Shown here: piece by piece, positions 48,865 to 62,700 of the stretch
Position numbering within the stretch: the first letter of the stretch is position 1
How the letters are laid out: every line of letters starts with the position of its first letter
Assembly (NCBI RefSeq): GCF_030684315.1
Contig: NC_081377.1
Coordinates: 25,172,001-25,236,000, forward strand
DNA length: 64,000 bases
Source of the DNA: Stegostoma tigrinum
Lineage: Eukaryota
Direction: 5' to 3'
The notes under the pieces: generated by a model
Database searches by the model: none
Seen by the model: only the letters and a program-made list of their open reading frames with translations
What the model was told of the DNA's origin: nothing
Position numbers and translations under genes: made by a program

Positions 48865-49562
48865 GTTTTGTAGAGCATCTGCACTCTGTACATGACAAAT
48901 GACAACATCTTCCTGTCACTGGCCCTTTTAACTCCCCATTCCTCTCCCTGGGTGACATGTCCATCCTGGGCCGCCTCTGGTGCCACAGTGATACCCCATG
49001 CAAACCGGAGAAGCGACACCTCATTTCACCTCGGGAGCCTACAGCCCAATGGTCTAAACATAGAATTCACCAATTTTAAAATTTCCCCACCCTTGGCCTC
49101 GTCCCATGTTCAATTCTCCCTCTCATCCCCATCTCCTTGACCTGACACCACCTGCACATCCCCACATATCCGAGCAAGCCCAACTACCCCCTACCTGCAT
49201 CCAATCTCTCACCACCCCACCCTTACTTACCCCACCCTTACCCCTCCTCCCCCCCACCTCCTCAACCTGACACAACCTGTTCATCTACTCTCCCACCTGT
49301 CTGCCCCACTCATCCCATTGACCAATCCCCACCACTCACTACCTGTATTTTCTTATCATCATCCCACCCACCTACCCCAGGCCTACCTCTCCTCCCTGTA
49401 TTTATTTCCCAGCTCCCTTCCCCCTCCCTATTTCTGAAGAAGGGACCCGACCCAAAACATCAGCTTCCCTGTTTCTCTGAAGCTGCCTGGCCGGCTGTGT
49501 TCCTCCAGCTCCACATTGTATTGTTTCTGACTACAGCGTCTGCAGTTCTTGCTGTCTCCTAC
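48865..49562 (+). mobile_element. Decayed Penelope 3' fragment (GIY-YIG C-terminus, terminal repeat and tail)
   Basis: FHLGSLQPNGLNIEFTNFKISP resembles FRLGTLQPYGINVDFTSFKISP; followed by a C-rich tract, CTGAAGAAGGGACCCGACCC and the TCTGCAGTTC tail. Confidence 0.8.
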
Positions 49563-49699
49563 CATAATTTAAGTAGTATCCTTATCTTTAATATGCAAGA
49601 GTATGTTGATACGGTTTTTAATTGTAAATGGTGATATGTAAGCACCTGCTCTTTTATGGACTGATTCAATCTATCAGTTGCTAGATGAAGTTTACTCAC

Positions 49700-51735
49700 T
49701 CAAGACCATGAGACATAGGAGTGGAGGTAAGGCCACTCGGCCCATCAAGCCACTCTCCCATTTAATCATGGCTGATGGGCATTTCAACTCCACTTAGCCG
49801 CACTCTCCCTGTAGCCATTAATTCCTTGCGAGATCAAGAATTTATCGATCTCTGCCTTGAAGACATTCAATGTCCCAGCCTCCACTGTGCTCCATGGCAA
49901 TGAATTCCACAGGCCCACCACTCTCTGGCTGAAGAAACATCTCCTCATTTCCATTCTAAATTGACCCCCTCTCATTCTAAGACTGTGCCCATGGGTCCTA
50001 GTCTCCTTAATGGAAACAACTTCCCAGCGTCCACCCTTTCTAAGCCATGCATTATCTTGTAAGTTTCTATTAGATCTCCCCTCAACCTTCTAAATTTTAA
50101 TGAATACAATCCCAGGATCCTCAGTTGTTCATCGTATGTTGGGCCTACTATTCCAGGGATCATCCGTGTGAATCTCCGCTGGACACTCTCCATGGCTAGT
50201 ATATCCTTTCTGAAGTGTGGGGCCCAAAATTGGACACCATATTCTAAATGGGGCCTAACTAGAGCTTTATAAAGTCTCAGAAGCACATCACTGCTTTTAC
50301 ATTCCAACCCTCTTGAGATAAATGACAACATTATATTTGCTTTCTTAATCATGGACTCAACCTGCAAATTAACATTTAGAGAATCCTGAACTAGCAGTCC
50401 CAGATCCCGTTGTACTTTGGCTTCATGAATTTTCTCACCGTTTAGAAAATAGTCCATGCCTATATTCTTTTTTTCCAAAGTGCAAGACCTCGCATTTGCT
50501 CACATTGAATTTCATCAGCCATTTCCTGGACCAATCTCCTAAACTGTCTAAATCTTTGTGCAGCCTCCCCACCTCCTCAGTACTACCTGCTTGTCCACCT
50601 ATCTTTGTATCATCAGCAAACTTCGCCAGAATGCCCCCAGTCCCTTCATTCAGATCATTAGTTAACTCAGCCACATTAGGGGCATTTAAACAGTCCTTGG
50701 ATAAGCACATGGATGATGATGGGATAGTGTAGGGGGAGGGGCTTAGATTAGTTCACAGGTCAGCGCAACATCGAGGGCCGAAGGGCCTGTTCTGCGCTGT
50801 ATTGTTCTATGTTCTATCGTATATAAAGTGAACAGCTGCGGCCCCAACACTGAACCCTGCTGGACACCACTTGTCACCGGTTGCCATTCCGCAAAAGAGT
50901 CATTTATCCCAACTCTCTGCCTTCTGTCAGACAGCCAATCCTCAATCCATGCTAGTAGCTCTCCTCGAACACCATGGGCCATCACCTTACTCAGCAGCTT
51001 CCCGTGAGGCACCTTATTCAAAGGCCTTTTGGAAGTCTCGATAGATAACATCCACTGGTTTCCCTGGTCTAACCTACTTGTTACCTCTTCAAAGAATTCT
51101 AAAGGTTTGTCAGGCATGACCTCCCCTTACTAAATCTATGCTGACTCATTCTAATCTGACCCTGCACTTCCAAGAATTTAGAAATCTCATCCTTAACGAT
51201 GGATTCTAGAATTTTACAAACAACCGAGGGTAGGCTAATCGGCCTATAATTTTCCATCTTTTGTCTTGATCCTTTCTTAAACAAGGGGGTTACAACAGCG
51301 ATTTTCCAATCACCTGGGACTTTCCCTGACTCCAGTGACTTCTGAAAGATCACACCCAACTCCTCTGCTATTTCTTCAGCCACCTCCCTCAGAGCTCTAG
51401 GATGTAACCCATCAGGGCCAGGAGATTTATCAATGTTTAGACCTTTTAGCTTTTCTAGCACTTTCTCTTTTGTAATGCCCACCATACTCAACTCTGCCCC
51501 CTGACTCTCCTTAATTGTTGGGATACTACTCATGTCTTCCACTGTGAAGACTGACACAAAGTACTTATTAAGTTCTTCAGCTGTTTCCTTATCTCCCTTC
51601 CAGCATCAATTTGGAGTGGCCCAATGTCTACTTGTGCCTCTCGTTTGTTTCTTATGTATTGAAAGAAACTTTTACTATCATTTCTAATATTACTAGCTAG
51701 CCTACTTCATATTTGATCCTCTCCTTCCTTATTTC
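49700..51735 (-). mobile_element. CR1 LINE fragment (different subfamily) with a nested insertion
   Basis: ORFs 49784-51557 with KSPGPDGLHPR, QGSVLGPQLF, KFADD, LVRPHLEY; interrupted at ~50661-50817. Confidence 0.9.
50661..50817 (+). mobile_element. Short CR1 3'-end insertion nested antisense in CR1
   Basis: GTTAACTCAGCCACATTAGGGGCATTTAAAC...GAAGGGCCTGTTCTGCGCTGTATTGTTCTATGTTCTAT resembles 16680-16836; it splits the host RT between 'LFTLY' and 'NDLNEG'. Confidence 0.85.
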
Positions 51736-52572
51736 TCTGTACAATACTAATCTTTTTTTTTTACTCCCTCTCTGTCTCCACTCTCCCAAATCTCATAACT
51801 TTTTCATCTTGAACACATTAATACCTTGCATTTGGCAACTGAATAGATGCTCGGTAGTATCTACTATTTTACTTGAATTAATGTTCAGAAGTAAGTCTTG
51901 GCATGTGTTTGACTATGGGTTTGTCATTGTCAACCAAAATCCCATTCTTGCCCAATATTGTACATATTCATTCTTTGGATGTGAGCTTTCTTAATGAAGA
52001 CAACATTTATTGTCTGACCCTAATTGATTGGAGCAGGTGGTGTTGACCTGCCTTCTCGAACTGTTGCAGTCCTTGGAATGTAAGGGTTCCTGCAATGCTA
52101 TTGGGAAGAATGTTCTAGGGTTTTGAACCAGTGGCAGTAAAGGAACATAATATTGTTCCAAGTCAGGATGGTGCATGACTTTGAAAGGAACTTGCAGCTG
52201 CGTTTGTGCATCTACTGCCCTTTGAAATGGAAGAGGTCATGGTTTTGGCAAATGCTGTCAATGGTCATTTATACTATGATCAAGAGCAAGTATCTACTAA
52301 CTATCTCCATCTATAAGCCGAGGTAAATAAAAACGCTGGTACTGCTATCGTGGTGTTAGAACAACTAACATGGGAGAGGGGAGTGATTGAATCTCCTCTC
52401 TGTTAACTAATTTTCTTTGAACACTTCTTTTCAGGTGTCTTACTGTGTTAATTTTGTTTATAATCTATTTTATTTGTTCAGTGTAATATGGCAATCTGAA
52501 TTGGTGAAATTGAGTCATGAATTTTATTTAAATGATTCATTTATGGAATATTGTAGCAGTTTATTTCTCTAG

Positions 52573-52686
<114 letters not shown>

Positions 52687-52914
52687 TAAGTAGAAGTAAG
52701 CTTTCTCAGTCTTGAAGATGATAACAGTTCCCCACTACCACCAAAGATCCATCCCTATCTTTATTGTAATCTTATTTCTGTTTTTGTCATTGAATTGGAT
52801 TGGTCTTAATCAAAGTCACACTCACTGATTTTGATATGGTGCACCCTTATGTCCTTGTTATTCTCCACTTTTTTCTACAGCTAATTCCTGACAAGTGTCA
52901 TTTAATGTTTATTT

Positions 52915-53005
52915 GCACCTGATAAAGGGGCTATGCTCCAAAAGCTTGTGTGATTTCACATAAACCCGTTGGACTATAACCTGGTGTCACGTGGCATCTG
53001 ACTTG
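52915..53005 (+). mobile_element. Terminal fragment of a third Penelope-like family (degenerate hammerhead)
   Basis: CCTGATAAAGGGGCTATGCTCCAAAAGCTT resembles CTGATGA-GGAGC..GCTCC-GAAAGCT, followed by ATAAACCCGTTGGACTATAACCTGGTGT. Confidence 0.45.
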
Positions 53006-53813
53006 CCTTTAGAGAGAGGTGGGCGCCATGGGAAACAGTGTTTTATTCCACCACCCCTCCCCCCCCGCCCCTAAAACACCATTTTAATTTAGTCACTTCC
53101 TCCAAAATTTGATTTGCCCTGCCTGTAGTGGGCTTTGGTTGTAAATACTCAGTTGGCAACACGGGTGTTTTTACTGGTGGTGGTTATTAGTTTCTTTTTT
53201 TTAAAGAAAGCAAAAAGAAAAACAACCGTGATGATTTTGATGGTGGGGTGGTGGGGCAGTTGCTTAGTTGTGCATGATAATGCTTCTGGATAAAAAAAAA
53301 AGCTTGGATTCTATAATCACATTTGTGCCTGATTGTTCTTGGAGAGGGAGCATGCGGTGTGTCAATAATGTCAATGTCTTTGGAGAGAGGTGGGCACCTC
53401 AGGTGGTACAGTGTCTTATTTCGTGCTCCAGCTCCATTTTAATTAAGTCCCTTCCTGGTCTCCCTACTTGCCCTTCACTTTTGATGCTTTGCATCATCCG
53501 TAATGGGCTTTAAATGCAAATACTTAGTTGACTATAAGGGTGATTACCAGTGGTGGTGAAAAGGGAGAAAAAGTGGAAAGGTCACAGTGATTTTGGTGGT
53601 CAGAAAATTGCTCAGTTGTGTATGTTAACACTTCTGGGTAGAGAAGGAAAAGCTTGGTAAGTGTTCCTCCATTGGAGCCGGGATGCACGTGTCCACTGCA
53701 CCTTAAGTATGTAATAACAGGTCTGAAGAGGTTGATTAGAAAATATAAGGATGTGGAGCTAATAACAAAAAAAGGGTGAGAGTTTGATCAAGTGTCACCA
53801 ACTGAAATAAATG

Positions 53814-53903
53814 ATGAAGGGTCTAGGCCCGAAGCGTCAGCTTTTGTGCTCCTGAGATGCTGCTTGGCCTGCTGTGTTCATCCAGCCTCACATTTTGCTG
53901 TCT
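53814..53903 (+). mobile_element. Single-arm Penelope terminal fragment with 11-bp TSD
   Basis: TSD TGAAATAAATG at 53803-53813 and 53904-53914; the insert corresponds to 27268-27357. Confidence 0.85.
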
Positions 53904-54039
53904 TGAAATAAATGTGAATTCAGTTTTTAATAGAAAAAAGGCTTCAGGTCTGTAATGTTTGGAGATATGAGTTCAGATCCCACCAGTGCAGTAGTGAAAT
54001 TTCAAATCTAGTTTTAAAAAGAAAAGCTTGGTTTAGACA

Positions 54040-54262
54040 TGTTCTTGTGGCACATTAGTAGTGTTCCTACCTTTTGAGCCAGGAGGCCTGGGTTCACGTG
54101 CCACCTCTGTCATAACATCATACTAGTTGATTTTTAAAAAAACTTGGTTTAGGGTTCTTGCAACACATTGGTAGTGCTTGTACCTCTGAGTCAGGAGACC
54201 CAGGTTGAATTCCCACCTGCTCCAATGGCATGTAATAACATCTCTGAACAAGATTAGAAAAT
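54040..54262 (+). mobile_element. Tandem short tRNA-derived SINE copies
   Basis: Two similar heads (GTTCTTGTGGCACATTAGTAGTG...CCTGGGTTCA; GTTCTTGCAACACATTGGTAGTG...CCAGGTTGAATTCCCACC); a third remnant at ~53655-53750. Confidence 0.5.
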
Positions 54263-54859
54263 ATTTTCAAAATAAGAGTTTGGTTTTTCACCACTATTGG
54301 GGTTGGCTTCCAGAGAGAAACAGGTGTTTACGCTCAACTAAAGATTTTCAATAAAACCTTTCTTAAATATCTAAAAGCCTTTCGCTATCTAATGCAACAT
54401 ATGGATATAAGCCTGTTAGAAGATAATAATTCTTGTGCTGAGCTTACCAGTACACACACAGCCCTGCTTTTTGCTGATCCAACTGAATACAGTAGAATTT
54501 TTATTGTATATTTTTGTATTTCAAGTAATTCTGCTCAGAGAGAAGATCTTTTGTTTGAATTTAACATTGAAGGATTGTATAATTCCTTTTGACATTTAAG
54601 TAAACTGCATTTGTGTGCACAGGGAACCTTGCTATTTTTTCCGAACAAAGTTTTCTGCCATCTACAAAATATTTTAAAATTAATCTGTGCAGAGCAGTGA
54701 TACAAAACTCAAGAAGGAAGAGGCAAAAGTCTAAAATCAAATTGAATTTATTGTTTGGATATTTAAAACATAATTTGTTCAAATAACTAAAGATATCTAA
54801 TTTAAAGTGGTCAGTTATGATATTCTGTGAAGAGCTGAAGAAAATTTAACCCCTTTCAT

Positions 54860-55185
54860 GGGTGACACGGTGGCTCAGTGGTTAGCACTGATGCCTCACA
54901 GCGCCAGGGACATGGACTCAATTCCACCCTCGGTTAATACCTATGCGGAGTTTGCACATTCTCCCTGTGTCTGAATGGGTTTCCTCTGGGTATTGCTGTT
55001 TCCTTCCACAGTACAAAGATGTGCAGGTTAGGTGGATTGGCCATACTAAAGTGCCCATAGTTTTCAGAGGTGTGTTGATTAGGTGGGTTATAGGAGGATG
55101 GGTCTGGGTGCGATGCTGTGAGGGCCACTGTGGACTTGTTGGGCCGAAGGGCCTGTTTTCACACTGTGGGGATTCTATGATTCTG
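54860..55185 (+). mobile_element. V-SINE (HE1-like)
   Basis: GACACGGTGGCTCAGTGGTTAGCACTG head, V-domain, GATTCTATGATTCT tail. Confidence 0.88.
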
Positions 55186-56197
55186 TTCTACCACAAAAGA
55201 TACTTGAACCTTTTAAGTTTTGGATTCTGTATTACATAATGGTTGGGATACATTAGGGCAGGATGTTTAAGAATTAAATTTTGTTTGAGCACAATTGGGA
55301 ACAGTAGCTTTTGGGAATTCTTTAAAGAAGGTTCACACAACTTGCAGACCCACCACTCACCACTCTGTGACAAATCAGAAAATAATGAACATGCTAGCCT
55401 TTGTTTTTGTTATCGTGGTTTTGCTTCGACTGTGTACAATACTGCTGCTACATTAGAACTTTGTAAAAGGGAATAAATAATAATTGCTGAAAGCAAGGGT
55501 GACATCCTTGGATTCTTCCAGAGGGAAGACTATGAAAGAGAGAGATGAAATGAATAACAGCGGAAGACAGCTGGCTAATTACTTAGAATTGAAATTGTGG
55601 TTAGACATTCTCACATCATTCAAAATTATACAGAATTAACTCAGAAAATTCAGCGTTCCAGAAGTGATCGTCCTGAGCATTCAGGACTGGAGAGATTACA
55701 TAGTGTTCCAGACAAATTTCCAGACTGAACCATCAATAATCAGCCTGTAATGTGAATATACTATTGAGATTATTTATTTATTTATTTTCCAGGACTGCAG
55801 ATCTGAATTTCTCTGATCTTTCCTGAATTTATGATTTCAGGATAGTCTTGGGGTCTATTCAATATCAATGCCTAAGCTTCAGTGTCTTCCTGGTGTCTCA
55901 GCTGTGCAGAATAGTAATGCAGCCTGACCACAGCTATACATATTCCGAGCATTGTTTTTAGAGCTATATTCATTTTTTGATTGGTTTAATTCCACAGGGC
56001 TTTAGGTGGCCATGTTTCCTTGCATACTTAATAACTTACTGATTGCACATCAATCGAGCATGTGTTGTGCTTGCGGTGTAATGTTGCAGCATTATGCATT
56101 GTCTCCAAACTGCATAACTGAATCAGCAGGAAATCGGACACTTTGTTTCACAAGCATAAGTTTTCATTCTCATTCTGCGGTGAAGTTTTACTTGTAA

Positions 56198-56299
<102 letters not shown>

Positions 56300-56987
56300 T
56301 GATCCATAATATGGTATGAATTATGCTATCTCTGAGGTTGTTCCCAGTAAAATTCTGTTCTTGATGTTTTCTTTTTTGTTTTATTCTCATTTTATGAATT
56401 CCGTGTTATCAAGTTGAGTCTGAATCCTCTTAGTTTGATGGCTGCTTTAACATGATCCCTTTAGAAATATAAAATATAGTAAATAAACATATAAAGTTGG
56501 TACATTGGTGAATTGTTGCACCAACTTTTCTTTGTCCACAGTTGTAGCCAGTGAGGGTAATGTTGTCCCTGTCCATCTTTCTTCAGGATTTCCACTGTTG
56601 ATTTAAGTTGCCCAGTGGGGCATATGATTGTGGACCTGCTCACCTCGTGGCTAGCCAGCTGATAATATGTCTTTTGAGTATTTAATTATCCTATTCATTA
56701 GCAAGAAGAAACCATAATTCTGCTAAATAGTTTGGGAAGTTCATTGCGTCTGAGATTTATCATTAAAAATAATCTGAGTGGTTTCCTTTCACTTTAATCA
56801 CTGCAGAAATGTACAACTATTGTAATTTAACATGATTGCAATAGATTGTTATCAATAGTTTTGTAATTCACATTGCTTACAGCTCGTTAGTTAATAGAGA
56901 ATCTTCTCTCTAATGCACACAGATTTGTAGCACACTTTTGGAAAGACTCCCGAGCACGGGTCTTGAAGTTGCAACTATATGTTTTGA

Positions 56988-57155
<168 letters not shown>

Positions 57156-57449
57156 TGAATGCAAGTAATTCTGTAATCTGCTTTTGTGAAATTCAAATGT
57201 AGTCCCAAGTGCTGAAACTCAAGTAATTAGTTTTAGTTTATTACTAGCTTTTGTGTTGTTGGGTCACTTCTTTGTTAATGACTCTTAAAGTTTAAAGAGA
57301 ACATAACAGCACAAACATGTTGATAATGATATAATCATTGTGAATGATGTTTAGTGAATTTTTGCAGTTCATATAGTTTGTCATTTAACAGTGGTTCAGT
57401 TTTTAAAATTGAACTTCCATTTAATATTCAGAGAATACGTAAAACAATA

Positions 57450-58420
57450 TCAAATCTGCTAGAATTCTTTTGAGGTAACAAGCAGGTTAGGTAAAGGGGA
57501 AGCAATGGTGGAATGTATTGGGATTTTCAGAGGACGTTTGATAAGGTTCCACACAGACTACCTAATAAGATAAGAACTCTTAGTTTTCAAGGCAGTATAT
57601 TAGCATGGATGGAGGATGTGCCAACTAATTGAAGACAACGAATTGGGATAAAGACAGTATTTTCAGGTTGCTAATTTGCCATTAATGGTGTGCCTCTCAA
57701 ATCAGTGCTGGTACTACAATTATTTACAATATATATCAATGACTTAAATGAGGAAATGAATGTATTGTACTAAAGTTTGCAGATGACACAAAAATAGATG
57801 GGAAGCCAAGTGATGTGAGTGACAGTCTGCTGAGGGATATAGGCAAGTTTAAGTCTGTGAACAAAAAAAGTGATGGATGGAATGTAATGTGGAAGATGTG
57901 AGGTTGTGCACTTTGGCAGAAATATGAGAAGCTGAATATTATTCAAATGGAGAAAACTATAGAACAGGGATTTCAAAGTCCTTATCCATGAATCACAAAA
58001 TCAACATCTGAGTTCAGCAGGTAATAGGGAAGACAAATGGAATGCTGACTTTATTTCAAAAGAAATGGAGTAAAAGGTTCGGGATTTTTTTCAAAAACAA
58101 GGCACTAGTCAGACCACAACTGGGGTACAGTGAACAGTTTTGGGTCTTTTCTCTGTTGAAAGATGTATTAGTGTTGGAAGCAGTCCGAAGAATGTTCACT
58201 GGAATGCTATTAGTTATGAAGGTACTGTCTTGTGAGGTGTGGTTGCATTAAGCAGGCCTATACTCGTTGGAAAATAGAACAATGAGAGGCGACCTTCTGA
58301 AAACGTACAAGATTCTTTAGGCGTTTTGACAGCGTAAATACAGAACGGTGGTTTCCACTGGTGGAGCAGTCTCGGACCAGAGGGCTTAATCTCAGAATAA
58401 GTGATCACACTTCTTTTAAT
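57450..58420 (+). mobile_element. Decayed CR1 RT fragment
   Basis: Remnants of FDKVPH, KFADDTK and KALVRPQLGYSEQFW with many disruptions. Confidence 0.75.
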
Positions 58421-59528
58421 GCAGAAATGAAGGCCAACATATTATTTGCCTTCTTCACTGCCTGCTGCATAGGCTGGGCCAAGTAAGAATGGCCAATAAT
58501 CTACTCTAAAGGGCATTAGGAAAACAAATGGGTTTTTACAACAATCAATGATAACTCCCATAATTACTATCCCAGAAACTAGCTATATATTCCAAGTCTA
58601 TTAATTATCTTTAAATCTCACCACCAGCTGCCATGGTGAGATGTAAAACCATGTCCTTAGAGCATTTGTCTGTAATTTTGAATTAATGATCTAGTGACAT
58701 TACTACTGTATCACCATCTCTACAATAAAATCCTGATCTTGGTTCCCAACAGCATTTGCTTTAGAGACTTCCTGCACTGAGAATCCATTGCCTACCACGT
58801 GGTAAATACTAGCAGGAAGACGTGAAACCCTTAAGTGAACATTTGTCCACGAGGCCTCACTTAGAAGTGAAAAGATTGTTATTGACCCTTTCTGTCACCA
58901 GACTTAGTCAGGGGAAGGCAGGAAGACTACAGTTTCCATCCACACTCTCCTGCCTGATTGCCTCCCTTGATTTAATGTATTTGAATCCCACCATGTATCC
59001 ATGCCACTCTTAATCTGGAATTAAGAGTTTAATGATGGCCAGAAAACTATTGTGGAATGTTGTAAAAATCCATTCGGTTCATTCCTGTCCTTGAGGGAAA
59101 GAAATAGCCATTCTTACCTAGTCTGGCCTGTTTGTGACTCCAGGTCCATGGCACTATAGATGACTCTTAGCCCACAAGCCATGACCAAATAACAAATGCC
59201 CTACTGGCAAACATACCTCAGAAGACATTAAAATCCTCCTTTCATTTTAAGTGTTTTGCTGTAAAGTTCTTCAGTACATTCTAATGATATGAGAATTGCT
59301 ATGTAAGTACAAGTTCTTTATTCTTAGATTTTATTAAAAATGAAATTTGGAATGTAACGAAATGTGTAGACAATGAGTGAGTATATGAGATTGAGTAGAC
59401 AACATGTCTTGTGGTCAAAATTGAGAAAATATTGAAGATTATAGGTTTGATATAAATGTGTGCTATTTTGCTTTTCAATATTTTAATTTATTGCAGACTT
59501 TTTTTAAGAAAAAATGTTTTATTTCTAG

Positions 59529-59589
59529 AAAAGCCAGATGTTTACCCTGGTATAGCTGTCTTCTTCCAAAATGCGTTTATCTTCTTTGG
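59529..59589 (+). CDS. TMEM50A: TMEM50A coding exon 5 (QKPDVYPGIAVFFQNAFIFFG)
   Basis: tttctag acceptor, GG|gtaagc donor, 61 nt. Confidence 0.95.
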
Positions 59590-59730
59590 GTAAGCATAAA
59601 ATTTACATTACTGTCAAATATATGTGACACCTATTTCTAAATCTTTTTAAAAGATTAAAGTGTACAGGAATTGAAACCAACTGAAATTTAGAAGCTTTTA
59701 TTTAAAAGTGAAATTTCTCTTTTCACACAG

Positions 59731-59776
59731 GGGTCTGGTTTTCAAGTTTGGACGTACAGAAGATCTGTGGCAGTAA
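59731..59776 (+). CDS. TMEM50A: TMEM50A last coding exon (GLVFKFGRTEDLWQ*)
   Basis: tttcacacag acceptor; TAA at 59774-59776; C-terminus matches TMEM50A. Followed by a repeat-poor stretch, likely a long 3' UTR (AATAAA at ~60961, 61842, 62163, 62620). Confidence 0.96.
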
Positions 59777-62700
59777 ATATGTGGACGTAGAAGTCCACTG
59801 ACTACATATTTCGTATTTTCTCACCGTTTGCATCTTGCTGTGTTCGGTGTAACTTTTGCCTCTGCCACTGTACCATTTTTCCCTTTTGGAATTCATCACT
59901 TATATTTGACTTCTGTGTTTTTGTTATTTATGGGCATTGTCAGGATGAGTGGTATATAATAATGTAGAACAGATTAAATTGTTACCTAGTGGTTGCTGAA
60001 TTCAAAATGGAGGATTATAGCCAAAGTGTAACATTGACTTTTTTTAAAATGCTGGATGGGATTTTCTGAGCAAGATGTGTTGAGTCACTGATTTTGTTGT
60101 CAATCTTCCAATGGTGTATCTATTCCATAATTGCTGGGAAAACCAATTTTTACATGGTATCGGTGACATGCTGTTCCATTAACCCTGGAAGAAGTGTGAT
60201 GCAAGAGTGGGTACAGTTTCACAAAATGTTCCATTATTTCTGTCCATGCATTCTGTGCTGGTACTGGTTCTCTGGCAAGCCCGACTATGATCATTGGCCA
60301 TGTATTCCTTATTCTTTGTAGTATTACTTGCTCTTCTCATAGTCCTAGAGAACGTTCTCATGATCTATGCCCAATTGCAAGGTTCACGATTCAGATACTT
60401 CTTGTTAGTCATTTTGTGTCAGAGAACAAGGAATGAGTGCACTGAAGATGTCATGTGACTGCTGACTTTAACCACAAGCAGCAATTAACATCTTTTGGTC
60501 ATTGTAACATTTGGAAACATTTTCTGACCTAATAATTTGAGGGCTTGATCATACTGGCAAATGTAACAGTGACAGCACTTGCTGCATTAACCTTTCTATG
60601 CTGAATGGGCAGCAATCCAAGTGCATACTGCCAAGTTCAAATCATTACAGGTATTGTAACGGCAAAGCTTTCTTGTGGGAGCATGAACAACAATGCTCAT
60701 GCCGAGCCGCTTCGTTATTTGACACAAATCCACGTTGTATTTCTGCTTAGTTTCAATGTGACTTACCAATCACTGATCATAGATATTAAATTGCTCCTCC
60801 CATTACATAATCTTTCTTGTTAATCTGTAAATTTTAAGTCCATTCTTCCCACTTCTTTGGGATGAGGAGGTGGTAGCTGCTGTCTCCTAATAACATGGTT
60901 ATTTGTTCACCTTGCCTTTTTACCTCAGCAACACCCTGTCCCATCCCACCCCTCTTCATGAATAAATAGAAAATGCCTAATCTAGCAAGCAGTGCAGCTG
61001 CTGTATCATTTGGAATGTGTAGACTGGGATTCTAACAAATATTAACTATGAGAACTTGCTGATCTCTGCACCTGGAAATTTGATTCAAACAAAATGCCAA
61101 AAAAACCTAAAAAAAATCAATTCTGCAGTTCAGAAATCTAATTGCAAATAATTTTGCTTGACAGAAAGTCCTGAATGAGTCTACGTTAGGTGATATTAGA
61201 CCCATCTCTGCCTAGATTACTTTGTATAACTGTCTTAAAACTAGCATGAATACAAGAAATTTGCGCTTGCAGTTTTTTTTAAAAATGGGGACAGACCTGT
61301 GTTATTGTTTTGGAGAGTTTGACAAGCACTTTAACCTAATTCATGAATGTTTTGCCAAAATAGAATGGCATTAACCAGGTTATTCCACACAATATCTTCC
61401 TTAACTCCTGTGCTGGAAACAGCTTTACAATATAGATGCAGCAGAAGTTTCTAGGAAATTCCCAACCAATATTTGTTTTAAATATAGAAGCTCCTGGATG
61501 TAAAACTAACTTGAGCTCATGCAGAGCAACATAGAAACTAAAGATGTTCTGGGGATTTAGAGCCAGACAGATAACTTGTGTAGTTGCTATAGCTGTACCT
61601 TTGTCTACGAAATAAGATTTGCATTGTTCAACCACTTAAAACCACTGTTTGTTAAAACGATGATGTGCTGGTGAACGCTGCAAGACTGCATTAAAGATTT
61701 TGGGGTTTGTAAGCTGGAGATTCCTTGTGAATGTACCTCCCTTAACTTGACTAACTTTCTTGTGCTGTCCTTTTTCCAATCTGAAATCCAACTTGGTGGA
61801 ACACATTATTTACTTCAGTCAGAACAGGAAAAATAAGTAGCAATAAATGACTTGAGTAGTTCAAAGAAAGATGACCATTTCAGATTTGGGGGAATATTGT
61901 AATGACCGTTTTAAGATTAAAATGAAGGTAATTATCAACTGTATCTAATCCACATTTAATACTGATGATAGGGAAACTCAAGTGATCAGTGGTGGCATTC
62001 TTAGAATGTTAGTTTATTTGAAATTCTGACATGTTGGCAGCCATGTCCACTACAAATCATGTTGACCCCTCTCGTACAGACATATACATGGTCTTTAAGT
62101 TGTAGCTTATTAGTAATTATGGTTTGTATATTCTGCTATAGTTGTTGCATTCCTGAAAACACAATAAAGGATTCCTACAAAATGCTGAATCATAATTATT
62201 TGATATATAACTTAGTTTTGCACAGGCATGTAATGGAAAGTTGACTTTAGTGCACAGTCATCATTTATGACCTTTTATTTTTCTTTGTTAAAGTTACCAT
62301 GGAGCTCAATCGTGTATTTTAATGACTTGCTATTTTGTGTAATCAATACTTCATTTGTTTTAATTACAAAGTGTATGTGCAATCTAACAACTGCAAAATT
62401 ACCGAGTATTAAAATCATAATAAAGGAAAATTTCAAAAATGGTGGAGCAATAACTGAATCTATTTATTGTAGTACTTACAACTTACTGCATTCCTACTAA
62501 TGCTGGAGGCCAGTGATTGATATGCTGTACCTTGGAAGATAAGCAAGAAATTATCAACAAGAAGAATGACTACAAATTTCTGCATTGTTAACACTTCTTT
62601 GGTCAGCTGCCTGAGTCAACAATAAAGACCGTCTCCTCATAAGGCTAAAAATATTATTGCAGAAGTTACTCAGGGCTTACTTATTTTTGATTAATTGGCA

